DNA of 64,000 nt from Lama guanicoe (taxonomy: Eukaryota): contig MU053802.1 of the NCBI GenBank assembly GCA_013239625.1, forward strand, positions 17,363-81,362, read 5' to 3'. The position numbers were made by a program, and so were the translations under genes. Each line of letters begins with the position of its first letter. Positions within the stretch are counted from its first letter, which is position 1. Positions 1-12,384 of this stretch are shown here, piece by piece. The notes beneath the pieces are model-generated. The model was given only the letters and a program-made list of their open reading frames with translations, was not told where the DNA came from and made no database searches.

Positions 1-380
1 CCCGCCCCCTGCTCATCCTTACAGGGTTGGGTCTGCTGGAGGGCGTACCCCTGTGAACTTGGTTTTTGGTGGCAGTGCCCTCTCTGGGGTGGGATTTGAC
101 TGTGGTCTCAGCTGTGTGTGTATGGAAGGGGGTGGGGGTCTATGTAGGAACGAGCTTTTGGAAATTGTTACACTTTCCACCAGAGGTACTGTTGATAACT
201 TCCCCTTTCAGGTGAAGACCGCATCAGGAGCCTCCCCCAGACCCCACCCTGAGGGAAAATCTCTCCCAGTAAACCAGGAGAGCTGTGACCCCGTCAGGTC
301 TCTTTTTCTTTTAACCGATAGCACCTGTGTGTAGCTAGTTTGTTGGCTCCAGGGTTCTCAGTCAGCTCTTACTTTCTTTA

Positions 381-490
381 AGAAAAACACACACATGAAC
401 ACCCACACACACCCCACATTACACACACACTGCACACACACATCACACACACCATACACACGCCAATATGTTACGTGAGTCACACACAAA
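381..490. repeat. Degenerate (CA)n-rich simple repeat
   Basis: Interrupted ACAC runs visible directly. Confidence 0.9.
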
Positions 491-1309
491 CATGTATTCC
501 AGCTGAGCTCAGGTCTCTTCTGGACATCAGCCTGGGTGTCACCCTGGAGTGTGTGGCTTAGAGATCTTGGTGGAAGAGGGATCCTTGGTCCCCAGGGTGA
601 CCAGCAGCCTCTTGCTGACGTCCTCACTTCTTGAGTTTTCTGGAGCCTGGCTGTCCAGACCCTGGCCCCTGGCCCCTGACCCCACCTTGCACTCAGCATC
701 CCCAGTCACATGGTGGGAGTGGGGCAGCCATGGAGTGGGAACCAGCAGACATGGGACAGGCCTGTCTGACTGTGCAGGCTACGGGAGCCCACTTTTCAGA
801 TGTACCACTACATCTCCCAGCCATGGTCTGGCCCATCTTGGAACTCAGACAATTGGAGACGGCCCCCAGTCCTGCTCCCGCACGCCAGTGTTGCCTGTGT
901 TCTTCACGCATAGAAGCCTGTTCTGGTGGGGGTGGGGGGTGCCTCTGGCGGAAGGGGTGAGTCAGCGAGGGCAGAGGTTCGGGAAGGGGAATGGGCTGCC
1001 GGTACTCCAGGGCTGTCTCCCATGTTCCCTGATGCTGCCCAGCCCTCCACTTCTGTCCACGTGCAGGGGAGCTGTTCTGACTCCTCTGTGACTCTTGTGT
1101 TTTGTAGAGAAGAGCCATGGAAAGGTTGGATGTCAGGGATCCCCAAACGCTGGTGTCTTCTCATTCATCCCAGTCCCTTGCACCTCTGAGTGACCGCCTC
1201 GTTGGCTCATGGCACCCTGGGGTGCCAGGTGCAGTGCTGGGTGGTGGTAGTGTGGCTGTGGGTGGGCACACCTGAGGCACGTTGGCCGAATGCCATCTTC
1301 CCTGCCCCG

Positions 1310-1690
1310 GAATGGAATATTACATGATACAGACAGGGCACGTTTTCTGCATCCATTCCTCCATCAGTGAGCACTTGGGATGCTTCCACCCTTTGGCTTG
1401 TGAATAAGGCTGCCATGAACATGGGTGTGCAAATACCTATTTGAGACCCCGCTTTTCAGTTCATTTGAGTGTAGACTTGGAAGTGGAATTAATAGATTAT
1501 GTGGCAATTCTGTGTCTAATGTTTTGAGGAACGTCCACGTGGTTTCCCACAGTAGCTGCACCGTGTCATACTTCCACCCCAAGTGCACCAGGGTTCCCGT
1601 GTCTCTACACTCTTACCGACACTTGTTTTCTGGTTTTTTGCTAGTAGCTACCTTATAAGGAGCATGAGGTGATTGTTTTTGCATTTCATT
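1310..1690 (-). mobile_element. Old LINE-1 (L1M-type) 3' fragment
   Basis: Antisense L1 3' motifs: 'ttgtgaataaggctgccatgaacatgggtgtgcaaatacct', 'tacttccaccccaagtgcaccagggttcc'. Confidence 0.8.
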
Positions 1691-4600
1691 AAAGCCTCAG
1701 TTTGGAAACTAACCTAATTTTCCCGTGGTTATCAAGCGTCAATCTGCAGCACCAGATCCGTGCCTGTTTTCCGGGACATGCGAGTCCCCAGAGTGCATCT
1801 CGTGCTGCTTTGTTGACCAGAAACTCAAGGGAGAGCACAGAGGAGGCAGAGCTGAATGCCAGCCCACAGTCATGGGTGTGAGGCCCGTCTCTCCCCGTGC
1901 TGGCTCAGACCCAGCCGCTGGCTGGCTGGGGACACTGCTCCAGGACGTGGTTGAAGAGGACACTGCGCTGACCCTCCTGGGACCTTTCAGGTTGAAAAGA
2001 GTCAGCCAGGTTGTGTTCGGGGCTTCGCACTCACCCTCTGTCCCGGGACCTCTCGTTGCCCGTGTCTTGCCTTCAGCGGCTTCCATGTGGGCCAGGATCG
2101 TGGGTTGCACAGGGGTTCTGCCTGCCTCGGCCTCCGCTCTCGCCCATCTCCTCAGCCTCTTTGCATGTGGGCACAGGTGTACGCAGGTGTGATGTGTCCA
2201 TGCGGACACGTGTGCGAGGTCCTTCTGAATATGCACCTGTCAGCCCAGGCTTCGTGTTGCTCTTGGAGTCCCCGTGGGTACACAGGCTGCTTCTGTGGGA
2301 GCTCTGTCAGGGGCGTTTCCAAGCTCTCATCCAGGAGGCAGCCCAGGACTCCCTGGGAGGGGAAACGGGCCCTGGAGGCTGCTGGAGATGCTGCAGAGAT
2401 GGAAAAGCACCCTGTTTCCTCAGGTCCTTCACTCATCTGAGCAGGACTCAAAGCCACCATCCTATCCGGCCACAGATTTTCCCAAGGAATTCTAAGGAGC
2501 CACAGGTGAGTGGTGGCAACCTGTTGATCCCTGTGTTTGATGGAGAATTCTCCTGGCAGGAAGCAGCAGGGCTGTGTGTGGGTCACTGGGTGAGGGGTAC
2601 AGAGCCTGACCAGGCTCTCCTTCTGCCTCGACGAAGGGGAACTGAAGCCTGGAATGGGCAGGAATGTGGAGGGAAGCCCTGGCTGCCAAAGTCTTAGGGG
2701 TGCACTTGGTGGTGTGGGGTGTGCGTTCCAGTCTTCCCACTTCCGTGCTCCCCTGTCCTGGGTGCACCGCTCAGCCCCGTGGGCTTCCCATTGGTTTCAC
2801 ATTCTCGCCGTCACTAGGAGAGGATGCCGGAGGGTGACCGCTTACATCTTAGTGTTCCAGGGCTCTCGCCGCGTCAGGCATGATTTCATCCGCTGTTAAC
2901 AGCCTCTCCCCTCGGATGTGGGCTCCCAGGTCCCCCTGAGGTCCCATCCTGGCTCTCCAGGTGTGGGCAGCGCTGCCCAGAGGAGCACGGGGAGCTGCGC
3001 GGTTGGCACTGGCCGTGCTCTGCTGGCCCTGAGCCCTGATTCTGTCTTGTTTGCACAGAGCCCGTGGGCATTTGCCCCTGGGCCGTTCCTCGCATGAGCA
3101 TTGACTGGGGCTTTCATCCCCCCAGACTCCAGACTCCAGTGTTGTGGGATTGGGGGCTGTGGGCCTCTCACAGGGCCATCCTGACATGGGCCTCAGTGGG
3201 TGGGGGTGGAGGCGTGGCAGAGCTGTGCGTGGCCAGGCTCAGGAGGCCCCTGCTCTGTACCAGTCCCTCTCCCATTATGGACTCTAATGGCCCTTCCTTC
3301 ATGTCTTCAGAGACACATACTCCAACCACTTAAAAACTTGCTAATCTGATGGCAGCCACATCCTACATTGGTGAGGGCCACTTGATTTATATTCTTGGAG
3401 AGACAGCATTCTCAGGAGAGCCACAGCTGACTCATCCCAGTGACTGAGTGATGTAGAGGTGAGTCAACAAAGTGGTTACTGAGTGAATGCAGGCGTGGAG
3501 GTGGCTGGCAGCCCTGGGCACCGCTCCTGCTGTCCCTGCATACGCTTCACTCTTGGGGTACGAGAGATAATGAGGGGCAGACAGGGCCGCAGAGTGGCCG
3601 GGACTGTGGTGTGGGCACCAGGAAGGCAGTGCAGGTCCCCACGTGTGCGTGGTACACTGGCAGGGCCAGGGCTTGCCTCTCCTGCCTGGCCTTGGCTTTC
3701 ACTGGCTGCCTCTGTGCAACCCCAGGGCCCTCCTCCCTTCCATGGGGCTTCGTACACTTCTGCTTGGGAATACGATGTTAGGTCATTGCATGAGTCTGTT
3801 GCTCACATCACCAACACTTGTCCCCAGGTGTTCTCAGGCGAGCAGGTGCCACCTTGCAGGGTGACACCTTTTAGGACAAGACGTGAGAGTCACAGGCTGA
3901 GACCGGAGCTGCTTGGAGGTGCACAGAAGAGATGTATTTCTTGGGTGCCAAGGACAAGCTCTCTCCCTCTCTGACCAGTTTCTTTGGGGAAAAGTTGTAG
4001 AAAGAGCAAAATGTGAAACTTGGCAGAGCTGGTCTTTCTTAGCAGGATTAGGCAGCTACCTTGTGACAATCTCATTAAAGGCTTAGCAAAGGGCCCAGGC
4101 CGTTCTGTAGTAGATTTTAGTATTACCGCTGAATGTCGGTTAGGCCGTGCCAACTGGTGTTATCAGTCGCCCGTGCACTTTTTGAGGCCAGCTCCGTCTC
4201 ACAGCTCAGGGGTCAAGTAGCTGACCTGGAGTCACACAGCTAGTAAGGGGACCCAGAGCTGGGACCCAGGCTGCTGGGCCCAGCACCCGGACTGATTTAA
4301 AGCTCTCTGGGGGATAAAGGGATGGGGGCAGAGCAGCAGAGACGTGGAGGTGAATGAGGTGTGACACCGAGAGAGAAAGACTTGAGTAACCAGGGTTGCC
4401 CTGCAGACTAGAAAGTCCGGGTCCTGGTCTGAGGACTGGAAGTGCTGGGTGTGGCCCTGAGGATGGCAGGACTGCACTCTTGGGGGGACTCAGGGCCACC
4501 TTCCTCTTTGCTGTGGGGTGGCCTATGGGCAAATGCTGTTGTTTGGAAATGACATGACTGTTTTGTAAGAAAGATACAAAAAGAATGCATTTTCTAATGT

Positions 4601-7600
4601 AAACAAGTTAGAAAATACAGAGAAGTCCCAAGAAGATATTAAAGATGCCTCGGAAGTCCCCTGCCCAGAACTGAGCTCCCCCCACACCCGGCCCCCATCC
4701 TCTGCCTGCACAGTGGTCACTGCCAGCCTGCCTGGTGCCCTGGCTCTGAGATCAGATCCACTTGGCCCCAGTGAGCTCACCTGCAAAAGCAGGTGGTGCT
4801 GCCCTGCTGGGATCAGGGAGTCGGCTGCAGAGAGTGTTTCGAGTGGTGACGCCCACACCCAGAAGGGCGGGTGACTTGATGGCTTTTTTTTTCATTCCTT
4901 CGTGAATAAGCCTACATTTCAGTGCTGTTTTATCATCTCTTCTTTCCATCTAGTAATACATCGTGTCCGTCCGTACTTGTGAGTAAGCATTGGCTTGATG
5001 GTCTGTGCCGCCTGCTGGGCAGGCTGTAGTGTTGTATTTATTTAGCCAGTTCCTGTGAGTATACGTTTAGATGACAAGTTTTCACTTTTGTTAAAAGTGG
5101 AGCGGAGTGAACGTTCTGGGCTGGCGTCCTTTGGAACTTGTGGGATTGCGGAGTCCGAGGAAAGAAGCGTGGCAGAGCTTGTCAGTCTCCTGCAGAAAGC
5201 CAGGCCCGGCCCCGCCCTCACCAGTGAGCGGTAACTTTGTCCGAGGGCCACTTGCCCTGGGACAGTGTGATCCATGGGCCATGCTGTTGGCCAGGTTCCA
5301 GCCCTTGCCTGGAGGGGGAGGCTTTGCAGCTGGATAGCAGGCACCCCCAGGAAGACAGTACATTGTTTCCCACTGAAGACTGAGGGTCCTGTAAGCCACT
5401 GATAGTGGGATCCATGCAGGTGTGTGTTTGGTTGGAGTAGCGGGCAGGGAGGGCTGCCCAGTGTGGTTCTCCTTGGTTTTTTGGGACAGAAGAGGAATGA
5501 CCCCAGGGACCTCCCAAAGGGGTGGGGGGAGTCAGGGGCAGGCCGGGCAAGCTGGGGCAGGCACTTCAAATTTGCGATCTGCAAGTCGAGAAGGTAGTGT
5601 GAAAAAAAAATCTGGTTCTGAAATTTTGTGATGGATGTCCTTACCACTCAGTAGTTCCCTTCCCTGTGGCTGAAATGTTTCTAGAAACTTCTGCCACCTT
5701 TGGCTGCTTTGGGTGGAATTGCCATCCCACGCCTGGAGCCTGTCCCGGGCAGCCAGGCATTACCATCTCCTCCTGCAAAGCCACCCACTGGGTACTTCCC
5801 TCTGACCACGGGTTAGGATGAAGCAGCCACTCTAGAGATGTCTTTTCCAAAGTTTTGCAGCTACAGAGGTTGTCCCACCACTTGAGTTTTCAGAATGTCC
5901 CGTCTGAGACAGTTGATGTTGAACAGAAACCACATTCTTCTGGAGATGAATCTAGTCGCTCTTCATTCGCTGTGAGGACTGCAGTTTGTGTGAATCATTT
6001 CATTTCACTCATACCGTTTTTTAAAGCTGGTAAGAAAAGATGAGTGGCGTGCACTCCTGCGTGACCTGAATAGCAAAGTGCATTTATTTGGAAAGGCAGC
6101 TGCTGGAGGCTGGGACACACTGGTGGCCTGGAGATTCAGATGCAGCCGTCTTCGGTCAGAACCATCTTTTACAAAGTGTTTGCTAGACTCCTAACTTGGA
6201 ACAATCTGAGATTTTGATGAGAAACTGGATTTAAAGGCGCCCAGGTGTATTTACTAACTCTATGTGGGCCACCTGGGTTAGGGTCTCCACTATGGGAGTG
6301 GGAGAATTGGCTTTCCATCCCTGAGGAGTGATGAGGTGTGTGTAGGGGGCAGGCCTGGGGTCAGACGCTGGGTTTCGGACACCAGCCTCACTGTTAGACA
6401 CTGACGTGGCTTCTGGAAGTTTCCAAGCTTTCGCAGTAGTGTTCTTATCTGAGAAATAGAGGTGATGATGATAATGGTTGCTGGAAGGAAGAATCCCTGT
6501 GAGATGTCAGCACATTCCTGGGGTCACGGGTGCCCTGACTCACTCTCTTCTTGGCTCCAGGAGGGCTCCTGCAGCGACGATGGGGCAGTCAGTTCTCCCT
6601 CATGCGTCCCCTTGGCCTCTCACAGGTGAAGAGTGAGGCTAAGACTAAAGGTAACCAGAGGGGGAGGAGGTGACCATTGGCTGGGGAGGGGTCCCGCTGG
6701 GTGGGAGGAGCTGCCTCCAGTCCCATGTCAGGTGGTCAGATGCCTGGTGACCATTGTCGGTGGTGCCCTGGGACACACTGCTTCTTAGACCTGAGATAGA
6801 TGACTTCTACACAGGGGCTGCTCCCCACCTCTCTCTGGGCTGCATACCAGCTTCCAGATCCAGACATGGGGTCCCATGGACCCGGAGGCCGTGAAGGATG
6901 CAGAAGGGCTGCTGGAAAGTAGACAGGGTGGGACCGTGTCAGCCCTGAGGGAAACCCTATTGGCCACTGACAGGGTCAAAGATTGGGATGAGAATTCTGC
7001 TTCTCCTGGTACCCCCACAGCCAGCTGGGGGTTGGATCTCATTTTCTGTTCCTTCAGGAGCACTTCCTCCCTGCAGACACCCATCACCCCCACACCTGGA
7101 GGTAGGGCTGGCATGAGTGTCATCAGGGTCCTTGATTGGGGTCGAGGTCCCAGTGCAGGGGAGCGCTGTCCTATCGGAGGTGGAGGTGGTGGTGAAGGTG
7201 GAGGGCAGGGTAGGGCTGAGCGCTACCTGTGCCTCAGTTTGCTCCTGTCTGAAATGAAGGGCCAGGGCCGTGGCCTCGAGGGCTCTAAAGTTTCCCAGAC
7301 TTGACATTTGTGTAGCTCTGAGAGCCATGCCTGGCATCTGGCCGAGGATGCCCACTATCTCCTCTGCTTCCCGGAGCCCACCTGGGTGGATGCAGGTGTG
7401 GCCGGCCCCTGTGGCTGTGCCCAGACTTGGCCTGCAGCAGGTGCTCACAAGCCTGCCTGTTTCCCTCAGTCTGTCCAGCACACAGTGACACAGGTGTCCC
7501 AGCAGGGACATGACTGGGTGACCGTGACTATAGAGCCCAAAGGGAGGCAGTGGCAGTGGGGGCAGCACCATCCAGTGACCGCTGGGAGCATAAGGAAGTG

Positions 7601-8619
7601 GTGCCTGCATCGCCCAGCGGATCTGTCTAGACCACGTCCTTCTGTGTGGTCACGGGGAAAGCAGAAGTGTGTGTGTGAGGCCTGGCCCATGGCCTGCTTT
7701 GTAGACCAGGGAAGGACCCGTTCCCAGGACCAGGGACCAGGGACCAGGCCACATTTGTGTGAGGTCAGCCCACTGGGCGCACTCTCCCACCCCAGAGGGC
7801 AGCAGCCACCCGAGGGACCCGACAGATCGGCCTGCCAGACCCTCTTCAGGTGAACGTTTGCCTCCTAAGGGTTCGAGCTCAGGGTCCTGAGGTGAGGAGT
7901 CAGGGGCAGACCATCCCTAGCAGAGCCCTCCTGGGAGACAGTGGTCATCTGGGACCCGCTGGATGAGAAAGGACAGTCCTGCGTCTCTCCTGGTTCCTGC
8001 CCGGGCACGGGTCAGTGTTGGCAGGCGAGGAAGGTTCCTTGTGCCATTGTGACAGAGCCCTGGCGTTCTTGCCTGACGTCCTCCACAGGGCCAGGGTGGC
8101 AGGACCCTGGCGAGGGTGCAGGGGGTGGAGCAGGTGGCCAAGTTTATGTGGTGTAAGAATGTTCTAGAACGTCTTTCAGGTTTTCCAGTTGGCTGGTTTC
8201 CATAAACTCGGGGGATCAACCTCCTGACTCAAGACACCCCCGCCTCCGCTCCTGCATCATTCCTAACCCGCACCCTAGCGGTGGTTGGTCCCAGAGGGGA
8301 GGGGCCTCCTCGAGGCTGCAAAAACAGACCAGGGCTGGTTGCCCCCTCAGCTGGCGTTTTCCGTCTGGAAGAAGACAGCGTGATGGTGATCCACCAGCTG
8401 CCACTTGTCCTCGTCTGACACGTTCTGAGTCATCCGGAAGGTGACGCAGGGCTCAGACGGGACTGCCCTGCTGTGGGATTCTGAGCATGAGGACAGAGCC
8501 CTCTCAGGCCCTGGGACAATTAGACTGGGCTCTGGGAAAGGCTGCAGGTTCACAGAACTGGGGTCTGGCCAGCAGTGGCTCGTGAACCGTGGCTGGTCTC
8601 TTCCCGATGGGGAGGTAGC

Positions 8620-9145
8620 TGGTTTCTTATTTGCTTGGTTTTGTTTTTGCCCCAGGGAAGAGCTAAGCATCTCCCTTCTGTCTTCTGCCTGTGGTGTCAC
8701 AGGGGGAAGGGCAGTGCCTCCCCCGAGGTTATGCACAGAGTTACTGAAAGGGCTTCATTTTGTACATCACGTCTTTAGCCCACCTGGATTTCCCTTTCAA
8801 ATAATAAAAATGCTATTTCAAGTGAAAACAAAACGAAACATCACCAGCCCTCGCTTAAGCCACGCGGGCAGGCACGCAAAGCCACCTTTCCTGTGGCTTC
8901 ATTGACAGGGAACACCCAGGAGAGGTAGACACCCAGAGGGGAAGAGGACTCGGGGCTGTCAGGGGCTGGGGGGCTGCGGGGGTGGCGGGGATTGCGTGAT
9001 CTGGATCCAGGGTTTACTTTGAAGAAAGGAATAGTGTGAGCCTGCATGGTAGTGATGGTAGCACGGCATCGTGAAGGCACCTAGTGCTCCTGAATTGCAC
9101 AATTTCAGAGGGACAAAGTCTATATTTTATTAAAAGAAACTTAAA
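8620..9145 (+). repeat. Local paralogous block, copy A (3' flank of the minus-strand gene; distal half is an old L1M 3' end)
   Basis: Colinear diverged similarity to 12385-12880; shared anchors 'ggaagagctaag', 'ttatgcaca', 'aaaaatgcta', 'aaagccaccttt', 'ttcattga..gggaac', 'tttactttga'. Confidence 0.85.
9126..9131 (-). terminator. Putative polyadenylation signal AATAAA overlapping the stop codon of the minus-strand gene
   Basis: Minus strand reads TTT TAA TAAAA; stop at 9132-9130, AATAAA at 9131-9126. Confidence 0.6.
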
Positions 9146-10766
9146 AAGGCAAAATAAAGGATACCATAACCGATATGAAATGAACAGAGGGAAGTGAAGA
9201 AAAACCAAACACAAACCACTTCAGGGGAATGGAAGTCAAAGTCGGGGTCGGGAGGGGATTCATGGTGGGATTTTGAAGAAGAAGGTGTTGGTGGGCGCAG
9301 AGGGGGCTCAGCCCCAGGGGCTGGTAACGCCTGAACTGGTTCTCTGTGGCCCAGCGGTCCAGCTGCAGATGCAGCATCTTCATGGCCTTCGGCAGCAGCG
9401 GGAGCGGTGGGACCTTCAGGAGCAGCGGGAGCTGCGGTACCTTCAGGAGCAGCAGGAGCTGCTGGAGGGGCAGAAGCTGCAGGATCTTCAGGAGCCGCGT
9501 TAGCTGCTGGAGCTGCAGAAGCTGCAGGAGCAGCAGGAGGGAGCTCGGGGTCTCCTACCGGATCCTGATGGTCCTGGTTTTGGTCTCTGGCATCTTCCCC
9601 TGCCCCCGCCTGCTCTGGATCTGTGACTGTTGGAAGTGGAGAGAGCTTTCAGTCTCGTGGAGGTGCTCGCTCATGCTGTGAGAGAGGAAAACTTGACCCA
9701 AGTGCCTCCCTTTCCGTGGGCCTCTTCGAGGACAGACATCTTCCCAGAGCTTTCCAGACAGCTCCCACCCAGCAAGTGCCCACAGGATGTATTTTGTGAC
9801 TGAACTCTTCTAGACAGGTGGTCTGAGGCCAATCTTTGCTCTGGTGCCAGCGGCAGCCTTTGGGGATGCCTCCCTGTGTGGCCCAGCCCTCGGCCCTCCC
9901 TCACCTAGGCACATGCACCAGCCTCGCCCTTCTCACCTTCGGGTTCGGCCTCGGTGGGCTCCTGGTCCTCCATCTGACTCCCAGGGAGGTGCTCCAGGTC
10001 AGGGCCGGGTCTGCTGAGCTGCCTGTCACCCGCGGGCCTGTCACCCCTGGCGTGACGCCTGGGCGTCTGGGGGGGAAGCCGTCGTGGTGGCGGGGACCCC
10101 TCCGTCGTGTGCAGACTCACCCGGAGCTGGTGCTGGCCCTGAGAAGCGTGCACCGGCCCCTCACTCGGGGAGGCGGCGCGGGTGTCCTCATCCAGCGGCT
10201 CCTGCAGCGTCCGGCTCTGCAATGACAGTGACCGGCAGCCGGCCGAGCCCGAAGGTCTCAGAGCCGTACCCGTTCAGGACCACGAGTGATTCTGCTCGCT
10301 CGACCGTCTGCTGCCAGATCAGACTGGGACCTCGGTCAGCTCAGGCGGCCACCCGGGAGGGAAGAGACACACAGCCAGAGGGCACGGGCTTCGACTGGGG
10401 TGGCAGGGCCCTGCCCGGCTCGCCTCAGCCCAGCCCGCCAGCTGGGACCCGGGGTGCGGACGCGACCAGCCCCCCAGGCCTCTGACCTGCTCGTGCTTGA
10501 GGCAGGCCCCCACACCCCACCATGACTGCCCACCTCCACCAGCAAGGAGAAGGGGATGTGGGGCTATACCCGGGTGGGGTCTGAGTGGTGGCCCGGCCTG
10601 GGCTGGCCTGCCCCGGGCCTCCCTGGGTTACCTTTGGGTCCCTGTGGCCAAATGGCCAGAGGCGCCTGGGGTGAGAGCTGACCCAGCGCCGGCACCGCTG
10701 GCCCAGCCCCTCACTGTGGGCCTTCCGGGGGCCGCGGCCTCGGGGTGTTGGGACGCAGCAGAACAT
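9130..10766 (-). pseudogene. Disabled three-exon gene for a Pro/Ala-rich low-complexity protein (MFCC leader exon, acidic middle exon, PAAPE-repeat exon with hydrophobic tail)
   Basis: Exon 1 10766-10632 (ATG, MFCCVPTPRGRGPRK...HPRRLWPFGHRDPK, donor AAG|GTAACC, phase 0). Exon 2 ~10354-9905 (polypyrimidine tract but no AG; donor |GTGAGG, phase 0). Exon 3 9675-9130 (acceptor tttcctctctcacag|, 182 codons). In-frame stops at 10321-19, 10276-74, 9907-05 and 9651-49. Confidence 0.72.
9385..9545 (-). repeat. Coding-type minisatellite (9/27-bp units, PAAPE/PAA repeats)
   Basis: Repeated 'cttcaggagcagc(g/a)ggagctgc' on +; minus frame reads PAAPAASAAPAANAAPEDPAASAPPAAPAAPEGTAAPAAPEGPTAPAAAEG. Confidence 0.85.
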
Positions 10767-10873
10767 GTGTGACTGAGTTGAGCTGAGTCCACCAACCGGG
10801 TGAGCTGAGTAGGGGCTTCCCGACAGAGTGGGTGCCCGGTGACCTCGGTTCTAAGTTCTGTTGGGTCCTGCTG

Positions 10874-10898
10874 CCAGGGAAGTGAGGTCACTTCCTGG
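10874..10898. promoter_or_regulatory. Dyad element GGAAGTGA-GG-TCACTTCC about 110 bp upstream of the MFCC ATG
   Basis: Perfect 8-bp inverted repeat (10878-10895) with two inverted ETS-like GGAAGT sites around a TGAGGTCA core; function is inferred only. Confidence 0.4.
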
Positions 10899-11681
10899 GG
10901 TCCCCTTCCCCAAACTTCCTCCTTCCGCAAAGCTCCCCCAGGGCCTCTCTGGGCTGCTGACTGCTCACCTCCCAGCCCATGCCATGTGCACACACAGTGA
11001 CACCAACTCGCCCCTCCTTATAGCGCTGAGGAGACCTGGATGCAGCCAGGAGCACAGCTCTGAGGACCGAGGTGGGTTTTGACCCAGCTCCTCCACTGGC
11101 AGTGCTGTCACGCTGGACAAGCCACCTGCCTCTCATTGTCTCTCCAATTCCCACATCAGCCCAGTGGGCATCATTCTGGCCCCTGCTTCCTGGAGAATCC
11201 ATCGTGTCTCCAGAGCCACAAACACCTACCACACCTGTCAGCCCCGTGTGCTGGTATCACAGGGAGCTCGTGCACAGACTCAGCAAAGGGAGGGCCCCAC
11301 AGTGGCCTGGCGGAGGGCAGGGCACACCCCACACAAGCCGGGGTCTACCCTGGGCTCTGGGGTAGGTCATCCTCCTTGCCGCCTTCTTCCAAGCTCACTG
11401 TCAGCAGGTTGAAATTAAATACAACTCTGCCATCATCCGTTCCGACATGCAACCTCCTAGGTCATTGTGTCATGTCAGATTCACTCCCAGTTTCCCATCT
11501 TGGTCTCCAGGTTGGGCTGCCCCATTGTGGCTCCCTGCTTTTTTACCTTCTGGTCACACATCCTTGTGTGATTCCCACACATTCCTGTGCAGAGTGGAGG
11601 ACACTGGGACCAGGTTCTGACATGTAGACTGACTTGTGGAAGTGTGCGTGACATCCACTCATTCCCATCTCCAGTGTTCAT

Positions 11682-11832
11682 TCTCTCTCTCTCTCTCTCT
11701 CTCTGTCTTTCAGTGCCTCTCTATCTGTCCTCTCTCTCTCTTTGTCTCTCTGTGTTTCAGTCTGCCTATCTCCTTCCTGTATGTATGTGTGTATATATTT
11801 ATGTGTATATATGTGTATTTATGTTTGTGTAT
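11682..11832. repeat. (TC)n followed by (TG/TA)n low-complexity tract
   Basis: Visible directly. Confidence 0.9.
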
Positions 11833-12384
11833 TGTTAGAACCCAGGGCAGGTCACTGATGAAAATGCTTTGATGACATACTGATTGTTTTAAATTCATGT
11901 TACTGAAGAAAAAACATCTTTGAAATTTGTGCAAGCACTTTGGTGAGGTCAGCTCTAAGGATCAGCACTGCTCGGGAAGGGATGCATCTGTGGCCATTTG
12001 ATGACTCTTGTACCCTGTTCCCCAGAGAGGAGTGTCTGTTTACTCTTCCCTCCAGGGGATCTGCTGGGGCCTCTGCCTCCTCACATTGTTTCCAGGGCTG
12101 GTTGTCACCAGGCTAAAGCCCTGCCAGTGTGATGGTGACCAGCATTGCCCCTCAGGTTGTCCGTCTGCCTGTGCCCTCACCTGAGAGTCGAGCACCTCTA
12201 ACACACAGTGGCCACCTGCACTGCTTCTCATTGGAATTGCTTGTGTGTGTACTGTTTCTTTTCAGAACACTGGGTTTCGAGAGGTTTTTAGACCTCATGG
12301 GTGTGAAACCTTTCTCTGACCTCGGGTCATGAACAATGTTTTTTCCAGGTTGTGATTTGTCTTTCCAGCTGTCTTTCTTGGTCT

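Noticed and set aside
549..8905. Numerous 100-230-aa ORFs (e.g. 2011-2697, 5042-5647, 6957-7610)
   Set aside because: Overlapping on both strands with no recognisable domains; expected by chance at this GC content.
9273..9681. Plus-strand Gln/Glu-rich and Arg/Ser/Cys-rich ORFs
   Set aside because: They are antisense shadows of the PAAPE minisatellite; splice signals and the poly(A) signal support the minus strand.
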